Part shown: positions 25,892-35,762 of the stretch, one piece after another
Position numbering within the stretch: position 1 is the stretch's first letter
Layout of the letters: each line of letters opens with the position of its first letter
Notes under the pieces: model-generated
What the model was told of the DNA's origin: nothing
What the model saw: only the letters and a program-made list of their open reading frames with translations
The model's database searches: none
From: Thermodesulfobacteriota bacterium
Lineage (GTDB): Bacteria; Desulfobacterota_D; UBA1144; Nemesobacterales; UBA2774
Assembly (NCBI GenBank): GCA_035325995.1
Contig: DAOKYU010000009.1
Coordinates: 21,286 to 85,285 of the forward strand
Direction of reading: 5' to 3'
DNA: 64,000 nucleotides
Translations under genes and position numbers: made by a program

Positions 25892-28800
25892 ATGAACGGC
25901 GATCTCGGACTGGGCATAGTGGTATCGATGAAGGATGCGTTCTCGCAGAACGCGCAGCGCATCCGTGGTTCCATGATGGACCTCGATTCCACCGTGGCGG
26001 ATGCCAGCGAGCGGATGACCCGCAACCTGGACCGCATCCAGCAAGGGACCATGATGCTGGGGGCGGGACTGGCCCTGATGGCAGTACCCGCCGCCCTGGT
26101 CGCCTCCACCGCCGCGACCCAGAAAGCCCTGGGCGAGCTGGCGTCCCTCGGCGTGCAGGACCTCCGGGCCATCGAGGACGCCGCCGAATCCTTCACCAAC
26201 CAATGGTCCGGTGCCGACAAGGCCGCCTTCATCACCGCCACCTACGACGTGAAATCGGCCCTGTCCAACCTCAGCGACGAGGCGGTGGGCGTATTCACCT
26301 CCATGGCCGCCATGACCGCCAAGGCGACCAAGGCCACCACCCAGGAGATGGTCGGCACCTTCACCACGGCCTACGGGATCTTCAAGCCCATCATGGCCGA
26401 CATGAACGACATGGAATGGGCGACCGCCTTTTCCGGAGCCATGGCGCAAACCGTGGCCTCGTTCAAGACCAACGGCACCCAGATGGCCGACGCCATCAAG
26501 AACATCGGCGCGGTGGCGGCGGCGAGCAACATTCCCCTGAACGAGCAGCTCGCCGTGCTTGGCCAGCTTCAGACCACCATGCCCGGCTCCGAGGCGGGCA
26601 CGCTGTACAAGGCGTTCATCATGAAGGCGGCCGAGGCCGGGGACGAGCTTGGCCTGTCGTTCACCGACACCAGCGGCCGCCTCAAGGGCGTGGTTCCCAT
26701 CCTGCAGGAGATCAAACGCCAGTTCCCCGACCTCTCCAACGCCGCCGCCCAGGTGAAACTGAAGAAGGCCTTCGGTTCCGACGAGGCGGTCAAGTTCCTG
26801 CTGCAGATGTCGGCGGGCATGGAGAGCCTCGAAGGCAATATCCAGTCGGTGGGCCGGGCCATGAAGACCGGCACGGCAGTCACCGAGCAGATGGCCGACG
26901 CCATGAACCAGGACATCGGAGCCCGGTTCCTGCTTCTGCGCCAGCAGATGGCCAACCTCAGCGAAATCCTGGGCCGCACTCTGCTGCCGGTGGTCACGCC
27001 GATGATCAACGGGGTCTCCCGCTTCATTCTGTTCCTGCAGCGCATGGCCAAATCAATGCCGGGCGTGACCCGGGTGGTCCTGGGACTGTCCATGGCCCTC
27101 GGCACCATTCTGGTCGTGGCCGGAGCCGTCACCGCCGCCGTGGGCATGGTGGGACTCATGCTTCCCGCCATCAAGGCCGGGTTCGTGGCCATCAGCGCCG
27201 CGTTGGCCGGGGTGGGTTCGGCGGTCGCGACCTATTTTCTGCCCGTCACCGCGATCATCGCGGGCGTGATCCTCTCGGTGTATCTGCTCAAACGCGCCTG
27301 GGAAACCAACTTCGGCGGCATCCAGGACGTCATAACCGGGGCCTGGAACAAGGTCTCGCTGGTGTTCCGGGGGGTCAGAGAGCTGGTGGGTTCGCTCAGC
27401 GGCGGCGTCGGGCAGATGTCGGCCGAACTGGCCCAGAAGCTCGAATCCGCCGGACTGATGGGCTTCGTGGTCACCGTCTTCAAAGCCTATTACCGCGTTC
27501 GTGAGGCCCTGGCCGGATTGTGGGCCGCGTTCTCCCATGCCTTTGGCCGCATCCGCGCCATCCTCGAACCCACCGTCCGCACCCTGATGAGTGCCTATGC
27601 GGCGCTGGCCAGCGCGGTCTTTTCAGTGGTGGAGATCTTCGGCGTTGCCGCCAGCGCCACCGACGGGTCGTCCTGGCGCACCTTCGGCACGGTTATCGGC
27701 ACCGTCGCCGGTGTGCTTCTGCAGGGGCTGGCATTCGCGCTGAAGATCGTGGCCTGGAACCTGTCGCTCATCGTCCGAGCCCTGGCGGTGGTGGTGCGCA
27801 GCGTGGTCTGGGTCGGCAAGGTCATCGTCGGGTCCCTGGTCGGAGCAACCAAGTTCATCTACAAGTTCCTGCTGCCCGTGCGCATGATCGGCGAGGCCTT
27901 CGTGGCCGCCGGGAAGATCGTCTATGCGGTCTGGCAAGTGCTGACCGGCGACATTTCCCTGCTGGACGGTCTCAAGGCCATCGGCGGCGCGGTCTACGAT
28001 TTACTCGCCACCCCGTTCCGCTGGGCGCGGGATGTGGTGGTCGGTGTCTGGAATTTCATTTCCGGGATCTTCACCTCCATCGGACGCCTGGTGGCTGACG
28101 CCGCCGGACAGATCGGCCAGGCGATTCTGAATCTGCCGATCATCAGCACCCTGCGAGATCTGTTTGCCACCGTGCGCTCCTTCTTCGCCGGGGATACCAC
28201 CTTCTTCGAGGCGGGCAAGAAGCTACTGATCACCCTGGGAGAAGGGATCTGGTCGGCGGTGACCTATCCATTCACCATGCTTAAGAACGCCCTCGGCAAG
28301 TTGCGCAATCTGCTGCCGTTCTCCGATGCCCGCGAGGGACCACTCGCCAGCCTGACCGCCTCCGGTTCCGCGCTGCTCAAGACCCTCGCCGACGGCATGA
28401 GCCTTACCCAGTCGCTGCCCGCGAAAGTGTTCGGCTTCGCCGCTCGCGGGATTCTCTCGGCCGCTGCGGGAACCTGGCAGCAGATCAAAACGGCAGGCGG
28501 CAACCTCATGGATGCCGCCTCGGCTCCCTTCCGGATGGCCGGAAAACTCTGGGATGGGTTGACCTCCGGCGCTCAAACCGTCGCGGCCAAGGCCGGTGCC
28601 ATCTTCGGCGGTCTCAAACAATCCCTGTTTGGCAACACGCCCGAACTGGCGCTCACGCCGCCCCAGGTCAATGCCTGGGACGCGCTGGCCACAGGAGCCG
28701 TCAATCTCCGCGACCGGATCGTTGCCACGCTGTCTGCCGTCCCCGGGGCTGTCGGTCGAATCTTTGCCAGTGCCGGTACCGAGGGGCAATCCCTCTGGCA

Positions 28801-29527
28801 AAGGCTTTCCAGCGGCGCGAGCGCGGGCATCCAGGCACTCAAGGATCGCAGCACCGGGATCGCCAACGGTTTGCTCTCCTCCGCTCGCGCCATGCTGGGA
28901 GTCCAGACCCCGATTCCGCAGGTGGCCGAGCAGAAACAACCGCTCGGAGCTACGCCGCCCGCCGAATCGATTGGGCAACGCATCATCGAAAGCGTGCTCA
29001 GTCTCATGCCGCGTCTGGACGAGCGCCTGGTGCCCAAGGCTCTGAGCGCCATGCTGATGCTCCAGCCGGTCATGGCCACGGCCGCGCCGCATCCGCAACA
29101 GATGAACGGCACCGTGCAGACCGTCGCGGCAGCCGTTGAGCCGGTAAGTAAGAGCTATATCCAGCCGTTTGCGGTGGAACCGGCACCGGAAATCGGAAGT
29201 GCCTCTCTGGCTCCGGCCGGGATCGAGCGGCCCAAGACAACCGCGCCGACTCCGATAGCGAAGCCCCTGCAATCCGGACTCACCGAGACGGTGCCTTCCG
29301 AACGGTTGATTGCTCCGGCCCGCACCGCTCCCGCGATACTCCTGCGGGCAGAGGAAAGCGGTCCGGGTCTGCGCGAGCTGCTGGAATCGCTGCTCTCGCG
29401 CCTCGATGGCCTGGCCGAGCGCCCGGTGGAACTGAGCGTGACCACCAACATCGATGGCCGGAAGGTGGCCGAGGCAGTCTACAAGGACCTTCGCGAGCGG
29501 AAGATCAGAAATTACGAAACACTTTGA
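25892..29527 (+). CDS. tail tape measure protein
   Basis: 1211 aa, Ala/Gly-rich with hydrophobic segments, located after the frameshifted chaperone. Confidence 0.8.
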   Translation: MNGDLGLGIVVSMKDAFSQNAQRIRGSMMDLDSTVADASERMTRNLDRIQQGTMMLGAGLALMAVPAALVASTAATQKALGELASLGVQDLRAIEDAAESFTNQWSGADKAAFITATYDVKSALSNLSDEAVGVFTSMAAMTAKATKATTQEMVGTFTTAYGIFKPIMADMNDMEWATAFSGAMAQTVASFKTNGTQMADAIKNIGAVAAASNIPLNEQLAVLGQLQTTMPGSEAGTLYKAFIMKAAEAGDELGLSFTDTSGRLKGVVPILQEIKRQFPDLSNAAAQVKLKKAFGSDEAVKFLLQMSAGMESLEGNIQSVGRAMKTGTAVTEQMADAMNQDIGARFLLLRQQMANLSEILGRTLLPVVTPMINGVSRFILFLQRMAKSMPGVTRVVLGLSMALGTILVVAGAVTAAVGMVGLMLPAIKAGFVAISAALAGVGSAVATYFLPVTAIIAGVILSVYLLKRAWETNFGGIQDVITGAWNKVSLVFRGVRELVGSLSGGVGQMSAELAQKLESAGLMGFVVTVFKAYYRVREALAGLWAAFSHAFGRIRAILEPTVRTLMSAYAALASAVFSVVEIFGVAASATDGSSWRTFGTVIGTVAGVLLQGLAFALKIVAWNLSLIVRALAVVVRSVVWVGKVIVGSLVGATKFIYKFLLPVRMIGEAFVAAGKIVYAVWQVLTGDISLLDGLKAIGGAVYDLLATPFRWARDVVVGVWNFISGIFTSIGRLVADAAGQIGQAILNLPIISTLRDLFATVRSFFAGDTTFFEAGKKLLITLGEGIWSAVTYPFTMLKNALGKLRNLLPFSDAREGPLASLTASGSALLKTLADGMSLTQSLPAKVFGFAARGILSAAAGTWQQIKTAGGNLMDAASAPFRMAGKLWDGLTSGAQTVAAKAGAIFGGLKQSLFGNTPELALTPPQVNAWDALATGAVNLRDRIVATLSAVPGAVGRIFASAGTEGQSLWQRLSSGASAGIQALKDRSTGIANGLLSSARAMLGVQTPIPQVAEQKQPLGATPPAESIGQRIIESVLSLMPRLDERLVPKALSAMLMLQPVMATAAPHPQQMNGTVQTVAAAVEPVSKSYIQPFAVEPAPEIGSASLAPAGIERPKTTAPTPIAKPLQSGLTETVPSERLIAPARTAPAILLRAEESGPGLRELLESLLSRLDGLAERPVELSVTTNIDGRKVAEAVYKDLRERKIRNYETL

Positions 29528-29847
29528 GAGGACCGATGAAACGCATCTTTGTCTGCAGCCCGTTCGCGGGTGACATAGCCCGAAACGTCAAGGTAGCCGA
29601 GGCGCTTTGCCGACGGGTCATGAGAAACGGTCACGCGCCGTTCGCGCCGCACCTGTTGTATCCAACCTTTACCGATGACAGCGTTCCCGAGCAGCGGGAG
29701 ACGGGCATCGCCTGCGGCCTGGCCTACATGGAATGTTGCGACGAGGTGTGGGCGTTCACCGGCAACGGCATTTCCAGCGGCATGCGGCGGGAACTCGACC
29801 GGGCCGGACAACTGGGCAAGCCGATCCTCGAGATCGCCGAGGTGTAA
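29524..29847 (+). CDS. small nucleoside 2-deoxyribosyltransferase-like (DUF4406/DUF1937-like) protein
   Basis: RIFVCSPFAGD start typical of this fold. Inserted between tape measure and gpU-like gene. Confidence 0.35.
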   Translation: MRGPMKRIFVCSPFAGDIARNVKVAEALCRRVMRNGHAPFAPHLLYPTFTDDSVPEQRETGIACGLAYMECCDEVWAFTGNGISSGMRRELDRAGQLGKPILEIAEV

Positions 29848-29850
29848 GGA

Positions 29851-30321
29851 ATGGCCTGGGATCAACAGCCCATCAAGGGATATCTGGTGGACGCCGACAC
29901 GGGGGAGCGGCTCGAATTCCAGTACAACCCCAACTCCATCAGCGACGAGAAGTCGACCGACTACGCGACGATCAAGATCCCCGGCATGAGCCACCCGCGC
30001 TACCAGTATGTCGCCGGGGAACCGCGCCGGATCGCCTTCAAGGTCGAGCTGTTCAAGGGGCCGGTGAAGCAGAAGGTCGACTGGCTCCGCTCGCTGCAAT
30101 ATCCGGAACACGCCGGAACCATGCTCAAGAACGCGCCGCACCGTGTGCTGCTCATCTTCGGCGATCTCTACCCCGGCGTGACCTGCATCGTCCGGCAGGT
30201 GAAGGCGCGTTTCTTCGGCCTGTTCGACCGGGACAACCTGCTACCGCAACGGGCCGAGGTGGACATCGTCCTCGAAGAATACGTGGACCGCTCCATCAAC
30301 TGGTCGGAGGTACGTTTATGA
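29851..30321 (+). CDS. P2 gpU-like tail protein
   Basis: 156 aa immediately after tape measure; size and position. Confidence 0.4.
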   Translation: MAWDQQPIKGYLVDADTGERLEFQYNPNSISDEKSTDYATIKIPGMSHPRYQYVAGEPRRIAFKVELFKGPVKQKVDWLRSLQYPEHAGTMLKNAPHRVLLIFGDLYPGVTCIVRQVKARFFGLFDRDNLLPQRAEVDIVLEEYVDRSINWSEVRL

Positions 30322-30608
30322 TCGGCCGCGATTCCCGATACGCCCGCTGCCTTCTCTACCGGGACAGCGACGGCACCTCCCTCGGCATGCGCCAGCGCAT
30401 CGACAATACCCCCAGACACGACGACCGCCTACACACTGTGGTCGAGGGCGACCGCCTGGATCTGCTCGCGCACCGCTATCTGGGTGACGCCCGGCTCTGG
30501 TGGATCATCTGCGACTACAACGACATCTTTTTTCCGTTGGCGCTCGAGCCCGGTCTGGCGCTGCGCATTCCCTCCCGCGAACACGTCCAGATGCGCCTGC
30601 TCGACTGA
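30318..30608 (+). CDS. LysM-like tail protein X
   Basis: HTVVEGDRLDLLAHRYLGDARLWWIICDYNDI resembles the P2 gpX LysM-like motif. Confidence 0.5.
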   Translation: MIGRDSRYARCLLYRDSDGTSLGMRQRIDNTPRHDDRLHTVVEGDRLDLLAHRYLGDARLWWIICDYNDIFFPLALEPGLALRIPSREHVQMRLLD

Positions 30609-30646
30609 GGCGTCCGACACCTCGCCATGCCTTCCGGTAAGTAAGC
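30609..30646 (+). promoter_or_regulatory. copy 5 of conserved late-module motif (CGTCCGACACCTCGCCATGCCTTCCGGTAAGTAAGC)
   Basis: Intergenic, 29 bp upstream of the gpD-like gene. Confidence 0.5.
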
Positions 30647-30674
30647 AGGGAACTGCGAACCGCCGGAGAAACGC

Positions 30675-31958
30675 ATGGATCTGGATACATTCAAGCCGAC
30701 ATTTCTGATTCAGATCGAGGGGCAAGACCTTTCGAAGGACATCACCCAGGAGATCACCTCGTTCGTCTTCACCGACAACGAGGAGGAGCTGGATGTTCTC
30801 GAGCTGTCGGTGACCGACCGCAACCTGCAGTTCGTCGACGATCCGCTGTTCCAGGAAGGCAACGAGATCGTGGCCCGCTTCGGCTACGTGGGGAACCTCT
30901 CTCCGCGCAAGAAGGCGGTTATCAAGGACATCGATTACGACTTCCCGGAAAACGGCGATCCAACCATCCGCATCAAGGCCTACGACAAGGGCTTCAAACT
31001 CGCGGGCAAGGAGAACCAGAAAGTCTGGCAGAAACCCGCTCCCGGCGTCCTCTATTCGGAAATCGCCGAACAGATCGCCGCCGCCAACGGCCTCACGCCG
31101 GTGGTCACGGCCACCAAGGGAACCCATCTCCGCGTCACCCAGAGCAACATCTCGGACGCCCAGTTCCTCAAGGAGCTGGCGGAAAAGGCCCGCGACCGCG
31201 ATGGCGACGGCGTGAGCGGCTATGTCTTCTACATCCAGGACGACGAACTCCATTTCCATCCCCGCGAGCTCGACCAGACGCCGCTTCTGACCCTCGAATA
31301 TTTCACCGACACCAAGGGCCTGTTGCGCTCGTTCCGCCCCAGCACCCAATCCCAGGGAGCCAAGGGCGCAGGGGTCGAGACCAAGACGGTCGGCGTCGAT
31401 CCGCGCAAGAAGGACGTGGTCGAGCACAAGGCTAACAACGCCACCACGCCGGAGCGGACGGCCCTGGGCAAGCAGACTTATCTGGTCGACGGCAACACCG
31501 GCGAAGGCAGCTTCAAGGAACAGGAGACGGGGCAGATCGTGCCCAGCTTCGACCGTTCCGAAGGCTTTCACGAAGAGCCGCGCCAGGAGCCCGCCCAGGA
31601 CAGCGCCGAAGGCAAATTCCGCGAGGCCGAGCTGCGACAGGTCGAGGCGGACGCGGCCACCATCGGCATTCCCCAGCTACGCGCCAAGAAGAACGTCGAG
31701 ATCAAGGGCGTGGGACGGAAGTTTTCCGGCATCTACTACTGCCACTCGGTGCGCCACAGCATCAGCGGCGCTGGCTATCTCTGCGAACTCAAACTCAAGA
31801 AGAACGCCCTCGGCAAGGGCGCGGGCGACAAGTCCGCCGAGTCCCAGGGCAAACCCAACGACAAGGAGGCCCCGCCCACGCCGCAAAACGAGCCGCCAGC
31901 CATGGTGACCATCGACGCGGACTCCGGCGCGGTCACACAAGGAGGCGGCAATGGGTGA
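30675..31958 (+). CDS. late control D (gpD)-like baseplate hub protein
   Basis: 427 aa, position before spike. Confidence 0.55.
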   Translation: MDLDTFKPTFLIQIEGQDLSKDITQEITSFVFTDNEEELDVLELSVTDRNLQFVDDPLFQEGNEIVARFGYVGNLSPRKKAVIKDIDYDFPENGDPTIRIKAYDKGFKLAGKENQKVWQKPAPGVLYSEIAEQIAAANGLTPVVTATKGTHLRVTQSNISDAQFLKELAEKARDRDGDGVSGYVFYIQDDELHFHPRELDQTPLLTLEYFTDTKGLLRSFRPSTQSQGAKGAGVETKTVGVDPRKKDVVEHKANNATTPERTALGKQTYLVDGNTGEGSFKEQETGQIVPSFDRSEGFHEEPRQEPAQDSAEGKFREAELRQVEADAATIGIPQLRAKKNVEIKGVGRKFSGIYYCHSVRHSISGAGYLCELKLKKNALGKGAGDKSAESQGKPNDKEAPPTPQNEPPAMVTIDADSGAVTQGGGNG

Positions 31959-32325
31959 TCTCAGCAAGAATTTCAACCGTTCGGAATTCGCCTGCAAGGG
32001 CAAGAACTGCTGCGGCCATTCGGCTGCGGTCCATCCCGACCTGGTCGACGCCCTGCAGGCGTTGCGCGACCGCATCGGCAAACCGCTGTCCATCACCAGC
32101 GGCTTCCGCTGTAACCGGCACAATAAGGCGGTGGGCGGCGCGGAGCAGAGTTTCCACACGCTGGGCATGGCGGCCGACGTGAGCTGTCCGGCAGGCGTTT
32201 CGCCCGAGGAACTGGCGGTCATCGCCGAGGAGATTCCACTCTTCCGCGAGGGCGGCATCGGCGTCTACGCATCCTGGGTCCATCTCGACGTGCGCCAGTC
32301 GGGCAAAGCGAGGTGGCGGTCATGA
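31951..32325 (+). CDS. peptidase M15 (zinc D-Ala-D-Ala carboxypeptidase-like) cell-wall hydrolase
   Basis: SGFRCNRHNKAVGG ... SFHTLGMAADV ... WVHLDV, the HxxxxxxD...H zinc-binding pattern. Confidence 0.6.
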   Translation: MGDLSKNFNRSEFACKGKNCCGHSAAVHPDLVDALQALRDRIGKPLSITSGFRCNRHNKAVGGAEQSFHTLGMAADVSCPAGVSPEELAVIAEEIPLFREGGIGVYASWVHLDVRQSGKARWRS

Positions 32326-32741
32326 GCGCCGAAACCAAGACTCTGTTTTCCGGCACCGCGCTGGGACTGTCCGGGCCTCTTCGGGTGGAGATCCTGCCCA
32401 ATGGAATGACCGCCAGGCTGACCCAGCCGTTCCGTGTCCGCACCGCCACTGGCCGCATCATCGAAGTGCCCGCCGGGTTCGAGACCGACTTCGCCTCGGT
32501 GCCGCGCCTGTTCTGGCGCGTGGTGCCGCCCTGGGGGCGATATTCTCCGGCGGCCGTCGTTCACGACTACCTCTACCACTCCGGCAAGGTCTCGCGGCTT
32601 GCGGCCGACCGGCTCTTTCTCGAACTGATGGCGGCCCTGGGCGTGCCACTGTGGAAACGCCAGCTCATGTATTGGGCGGTTCGCCTGGGCGGCTGGCTGG
32701 CCTGGAACGCCAGTCGAAAGCGGGAGGCGGAGCATGCTTGA
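32313..32741 (+). CDS. DUF1353-family protein
   Basis: ETDFASVP and HDYLY motifs. Confidence 0.5.
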   Translation: MAVMSAETKTLFSGTALGLSGPLRVEILPNGMTARLTQPFRVRTATGRIIEVPAGFETDFASVPRLFWRVVPPWGRYSPAAVVHDYLYHSGKVSRLAADRLFLELMAALGVPLWKRQLMYWAVRLGGWLAWNASRKREAEHA

Positions 32742-33783
32742 AACCCGCGACCGTCAATCCGAGGAACGCTACCGCAACCGCTGGTACGGCAAGTACCGGG
32801 CCTTCGTGCGCGATAACAACGACCCCGAACGCCTCGGCCGGGTCCGCCTGGAAATCCCCGCCGTGCTCGGCAGTGGGCGGGAGAACTGGTCCGAATGGGC
32901 CGCGCCCTGTTTTCCCTACGGCGGTAACGACGACACCGGCATGTTCCTGGTCCCCGAGGAAGGGGCCTCGGTCTGGGCCGAGTTCGAGGGCGGCGTCGTC
33001 CAGCATCCGATCTGGACCGGGGTCTGGCTGGCCAAGAGCAATCCCGGTGAGCAGCCCGAGGAATCCAAGCGCACCTGCGCGAATGCCTTCTGTCATGACT
33101 GCGAGGACAAGGTCGAGCATCAGACCAACCGGCACGACGATCTCGAACACAAGAAGTACCACGGCCATCCGCCGTATTACTGCCCACGCCTGAAGGTCCT
33201 GCTCAAGACCGAAACCGGCCACACCATCCTTGCCGATGACCGCGACGGCGACGAGCTGCTGCGGATCATCGACCGCGCTGGACAGATCCTCACCATGGAA
33301 GGGAAGGTGAAGCCCGAGATACAGAGCGGCAACGCCCTGCGCCGAGGCACGAAGGACGCCGAGAAAGGCGACCAGCTCGACATCGCTTCGCAGATCGTCG
33401 GCTCCCGCGCCCGCATCCAGCTCACCGACCTCTGCCGCCAGCAGGTAATCCTCGAAGCCTGGCAGGACAAGGAGAAGGTCCACATCCTCTCGTGCGACAA
33501 GGGCCGCTCCCGCTGGCAGAAGATCCTCATCGATACCACCAAGGGTCGGGAGAAGGTTCACATCTGGGGGCTCAACGGCACCCAGGAAATCCTCGTCGAT
33601 TCCACCGCCGCCGCCGAACAGATCCGGCTCACCGACAAGGCCGGTCAGGTGGTGCGCATGAACGCCGCGCCCGGCCAGGAAAGCATCAGCGCCACCGACA
33701 AGTCCGGCAGCCTCGTGTTCATGGATGGGGTGGCCGGAAACATCATCATTCGCTCGACGAACACCGTCTTGATCAACACCTGA
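32734..33783 (+). CDS. baseplate central spike, gpV/VgrG-like (OB-fold + beta-helix)
   Basis: RAFVRDNNDPERLGRVRLEIP signature of Phage_base_V. Confidence 0.7.
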   Translation: MLETRDRQSEERYRNRWYGKYRAFVRDNNDPERLGRVRLEIPAVLGSGRENWSEWAAPCFPYGGNDDTGMFLVPEEGASVWAEFEGGVVQHPIWTGVWLAKSNPGEQPEESKRTCANAFCHDCEDKVEHQTNRHDDLEHKKYHGHPPYYCPRLKVLLKTETGHTILADDRDGDELLRIIDRAGQILTMEGKVKPEIQSGNALRRGTKDAEKGDQLDIASQIVGSRARIQLTDLCRQQVILEAWQDKEKVHILSCDKGRSRWQKILIDTTKGREKVHIWGLNGTQEILVDSTAAAEQIRLTDKAGQVVRMNAAPGQESISATDKSGSLVFMDGVAGNIIIRSTNTVLINT

Positions 33784-33795
33784 AGGAAGCATTGC

Positions 33796-34170
33796 ATGGG
33801 AGAAAGAACAACAACGCCCTCCGGACTCTCGGCCAGCGAGGAATTGCTGGCTCGGACCTTCGATCATTGGCGGGAGGAATTCCGCAGCATCCTCGAAAAC
33901 CATCGCCGGGAAATCCAGGACCGACTCGAGAAGATCGAGCGTGAAATCGAGAAGAAATCGGACAAGGAAAACGTCGAGGTGCTGGTCCGCTCGATCTATT
34001 CCGATCTGCACCGGCACGCCGAGGAGATCGACCGGTTGCACGCCCGGGTCGGCTCCAAGATGGGGACCGAGACCATGTGGAAGATCGTCGGCCTGGTGTT
34101 GACCATCGGCAGCACCATCGGCGGACTCGTCGGCTTTCTGATCCATCTGCTGCTAAAGGTGAATCCATGA
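33796..34170 (+). CDS. small coiled-coil protein with C-terminal transmembrane helix
   Basis: C-terminal MWKIVGLVLTIGSTIGGLVGFLIHLLL. Confidence 0.35.
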   Translation: MGERTTTPSGLSASEELLARTFDHWREEFRSILENHRREIQDRLEKIEREIEKKSDKENVEVLVRSIYSDLHRHAEEIDRLHARVGSKMGTETMWKIVGLVLTIGSTIGGLVGFLIHLLLKVNP

Positions 34171-34430
34171 GCTCCCAGGCGCGACTTGGCGACATCAGCA
34201 GTCACGGCGGCGTCATCATCACCGGGGCCAGTCGGACGCTGGACAACGGCATGCCGGTGGCCCGCATGGGGGATCTGCACGTCTGTCCCATCCCGGGGCA
34301 TGGCGTGACGCCCATCGTGACCGGCAGCTTCGACACCATCACCGAAGGATTGCCCAACGCCCGCATCGGCGACATCACCGCCTGCGGAGCCATCATCCTC
34401 ACCGGCAGTCCCGACACCATCGACAACTGA
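34167..34430 (+). CDS. PAAR-domain spike tip protein
   Basis: LGDISSHGGVII, ARMGDLHVCP, ARIGDITACGAII PAAR-like repeats. 87 aa. Confidence 0.65.
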   Translation: MSSQARLGDISSHGGVIITGASRTLDNGMPVARMGDLHVCPIPGHGVTPIVTGSFDTITEGLPNARIGDITACGAIILTGSPDTIDN

Positions 34431-34440
34431 GGGGGCCGCC

Positions 34441-34749
34441 ATGAACAATCTCGAACAGCCGCAGGAACCGCAATACTGGGATGTCTTCCCGAAACTGATC
34501 CGGGTCTCGCGATCCCCATTCGTCCAGCGTATTCCGCTCTCGATCCGGGGTCTGCCCGAAGCGCCTGTGTTCGAATCGTCCAATCCCGACGTGGCCAGTG
34601 TCGATGAGGACGGCAATGTCGAGTGCGGCTTCGTTCCCGGGGCAGCCATGATCCTGGTCTGGGATTCGCCCGAGCGGCTCAGCCTGCGGCACGTTCAGGT
34701 CGAGGTCTATGGCGGCGGCGTCTCCGCACCGGTGGAGGTCCCTTCATGA
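34441..34749 (+). CDS. Ig-like (BIG2-type) domain protein
   Basis: ~95-aa domain paralogous to N-terminus of next gene. Confidence 0.4.
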   Translation: MNNLEQPQEPQYWDVFPKLIRVSRSPFVQRIPLSIRGLPEAPVFESSNPDVASVDEDGNVECGFVPGAAMILVWDSPERLSLRHVQVEVYGGGVSAPVEVPS

Positions 34750-35756
34750 CGGATACCCCACCAGCCTTCAGCCACTGGGAGGTTCAGCCTCGCTCCATCC
34801 GGCTCTCCGCTGGCGAGTTCGAGCAAAGGGTTCCGCTCTCCCTGCGCGGCGACGTGGACGCCCCGGTTTTTGCCTCCAGCAATCCGGAGGTCGCGGAGAT
34901 CGGGCAGGATGGCGTCATTCGCTGCGGCTGGACCATCGGCAACGCCGTGCTCATGGTTTGGCGGTCTTCGGCCCGGGACAGCCTCCGCCATGTTCTGGTG
35001 GAGGTCCGCGATCCGTCCTGGTTCGCCGACCACCCGGACTTTGCCAGCGGAGCATCGGTTTTCCTCAGTGGCACGGTGGTCAACGCCATCAACACCAGCG
35101 GCGTCGGCAACGCGCTGATCGAATTCCGCCGCTCGGAAACCGGCCCTGCGGCGTTTCAGACCTTCGCCAACGCCTATGGCGGGTTTGAGCTGTCCGTGCC
35201 CGAGGGATTCTATTACGTGGAGGTCACAGCGCCGGGATACATCGCCTGGCATGGCTGGGTGAACGCCGACCCCAACACCTCCGGCGACATCCAGATCGTT
35301 CTTTCGCCCGAGCTCGACGGCCAGGTCGCCCGCATCGTGTTGCAGTGGGGCCTCAACCCCAGGGATCTCGATTCCCATCTCACCGGACCGACGCCATCGG
35401 GCGGTCGCTTCCATGTGTTCTATTCCCACACCATCGAAAACGAGGCGGCGGAATTGGACGTGGACGACACCAGCTCCTACGGGCCGGAGACCATCACCAT
35501 CCATCGGCTCATCCCAGGTGTCTACCGGTACGCGGTCCACGACTACACCAACCGCAACGCCAATCCGAGCACCGGCCTGGCGCAGTCCGGAGCCTCGGTG
35601 AAAGTATTCCTGAGCGATGGCCGTGAGCAGACCTTCACCGTTCCCAACGCCCCGGGCACGGTCTGGACCGTGTTCGAAATCGACGGCGCGACCGGAACAG
35701 TGACGCCGGTCAACGCCATGAGCTATCAATCCCAACCCGCCAATGTCGGCATGTAA
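34747..35756 (+). CDS. BIG2-like + carboxypeptidase-regulatory-like domain protein
   Basis: N-terminal domain is a paralog of the previous ORF. GTVVNAINTSGVGNALIEF...YYVEVTAPGY resembles CarboxypepD_reg. Confidence 0.45.
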
Positions 35757-35762
35757 TGGAGG

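Noticed and set aside
29141-29155. Extra CCGGTAAGTAAG match inside the tape-measure gene
   Set aside because: Only the 12-mer matches and the upstream half of the motif is absent. It lies within coding sequence, so it is likely chance.
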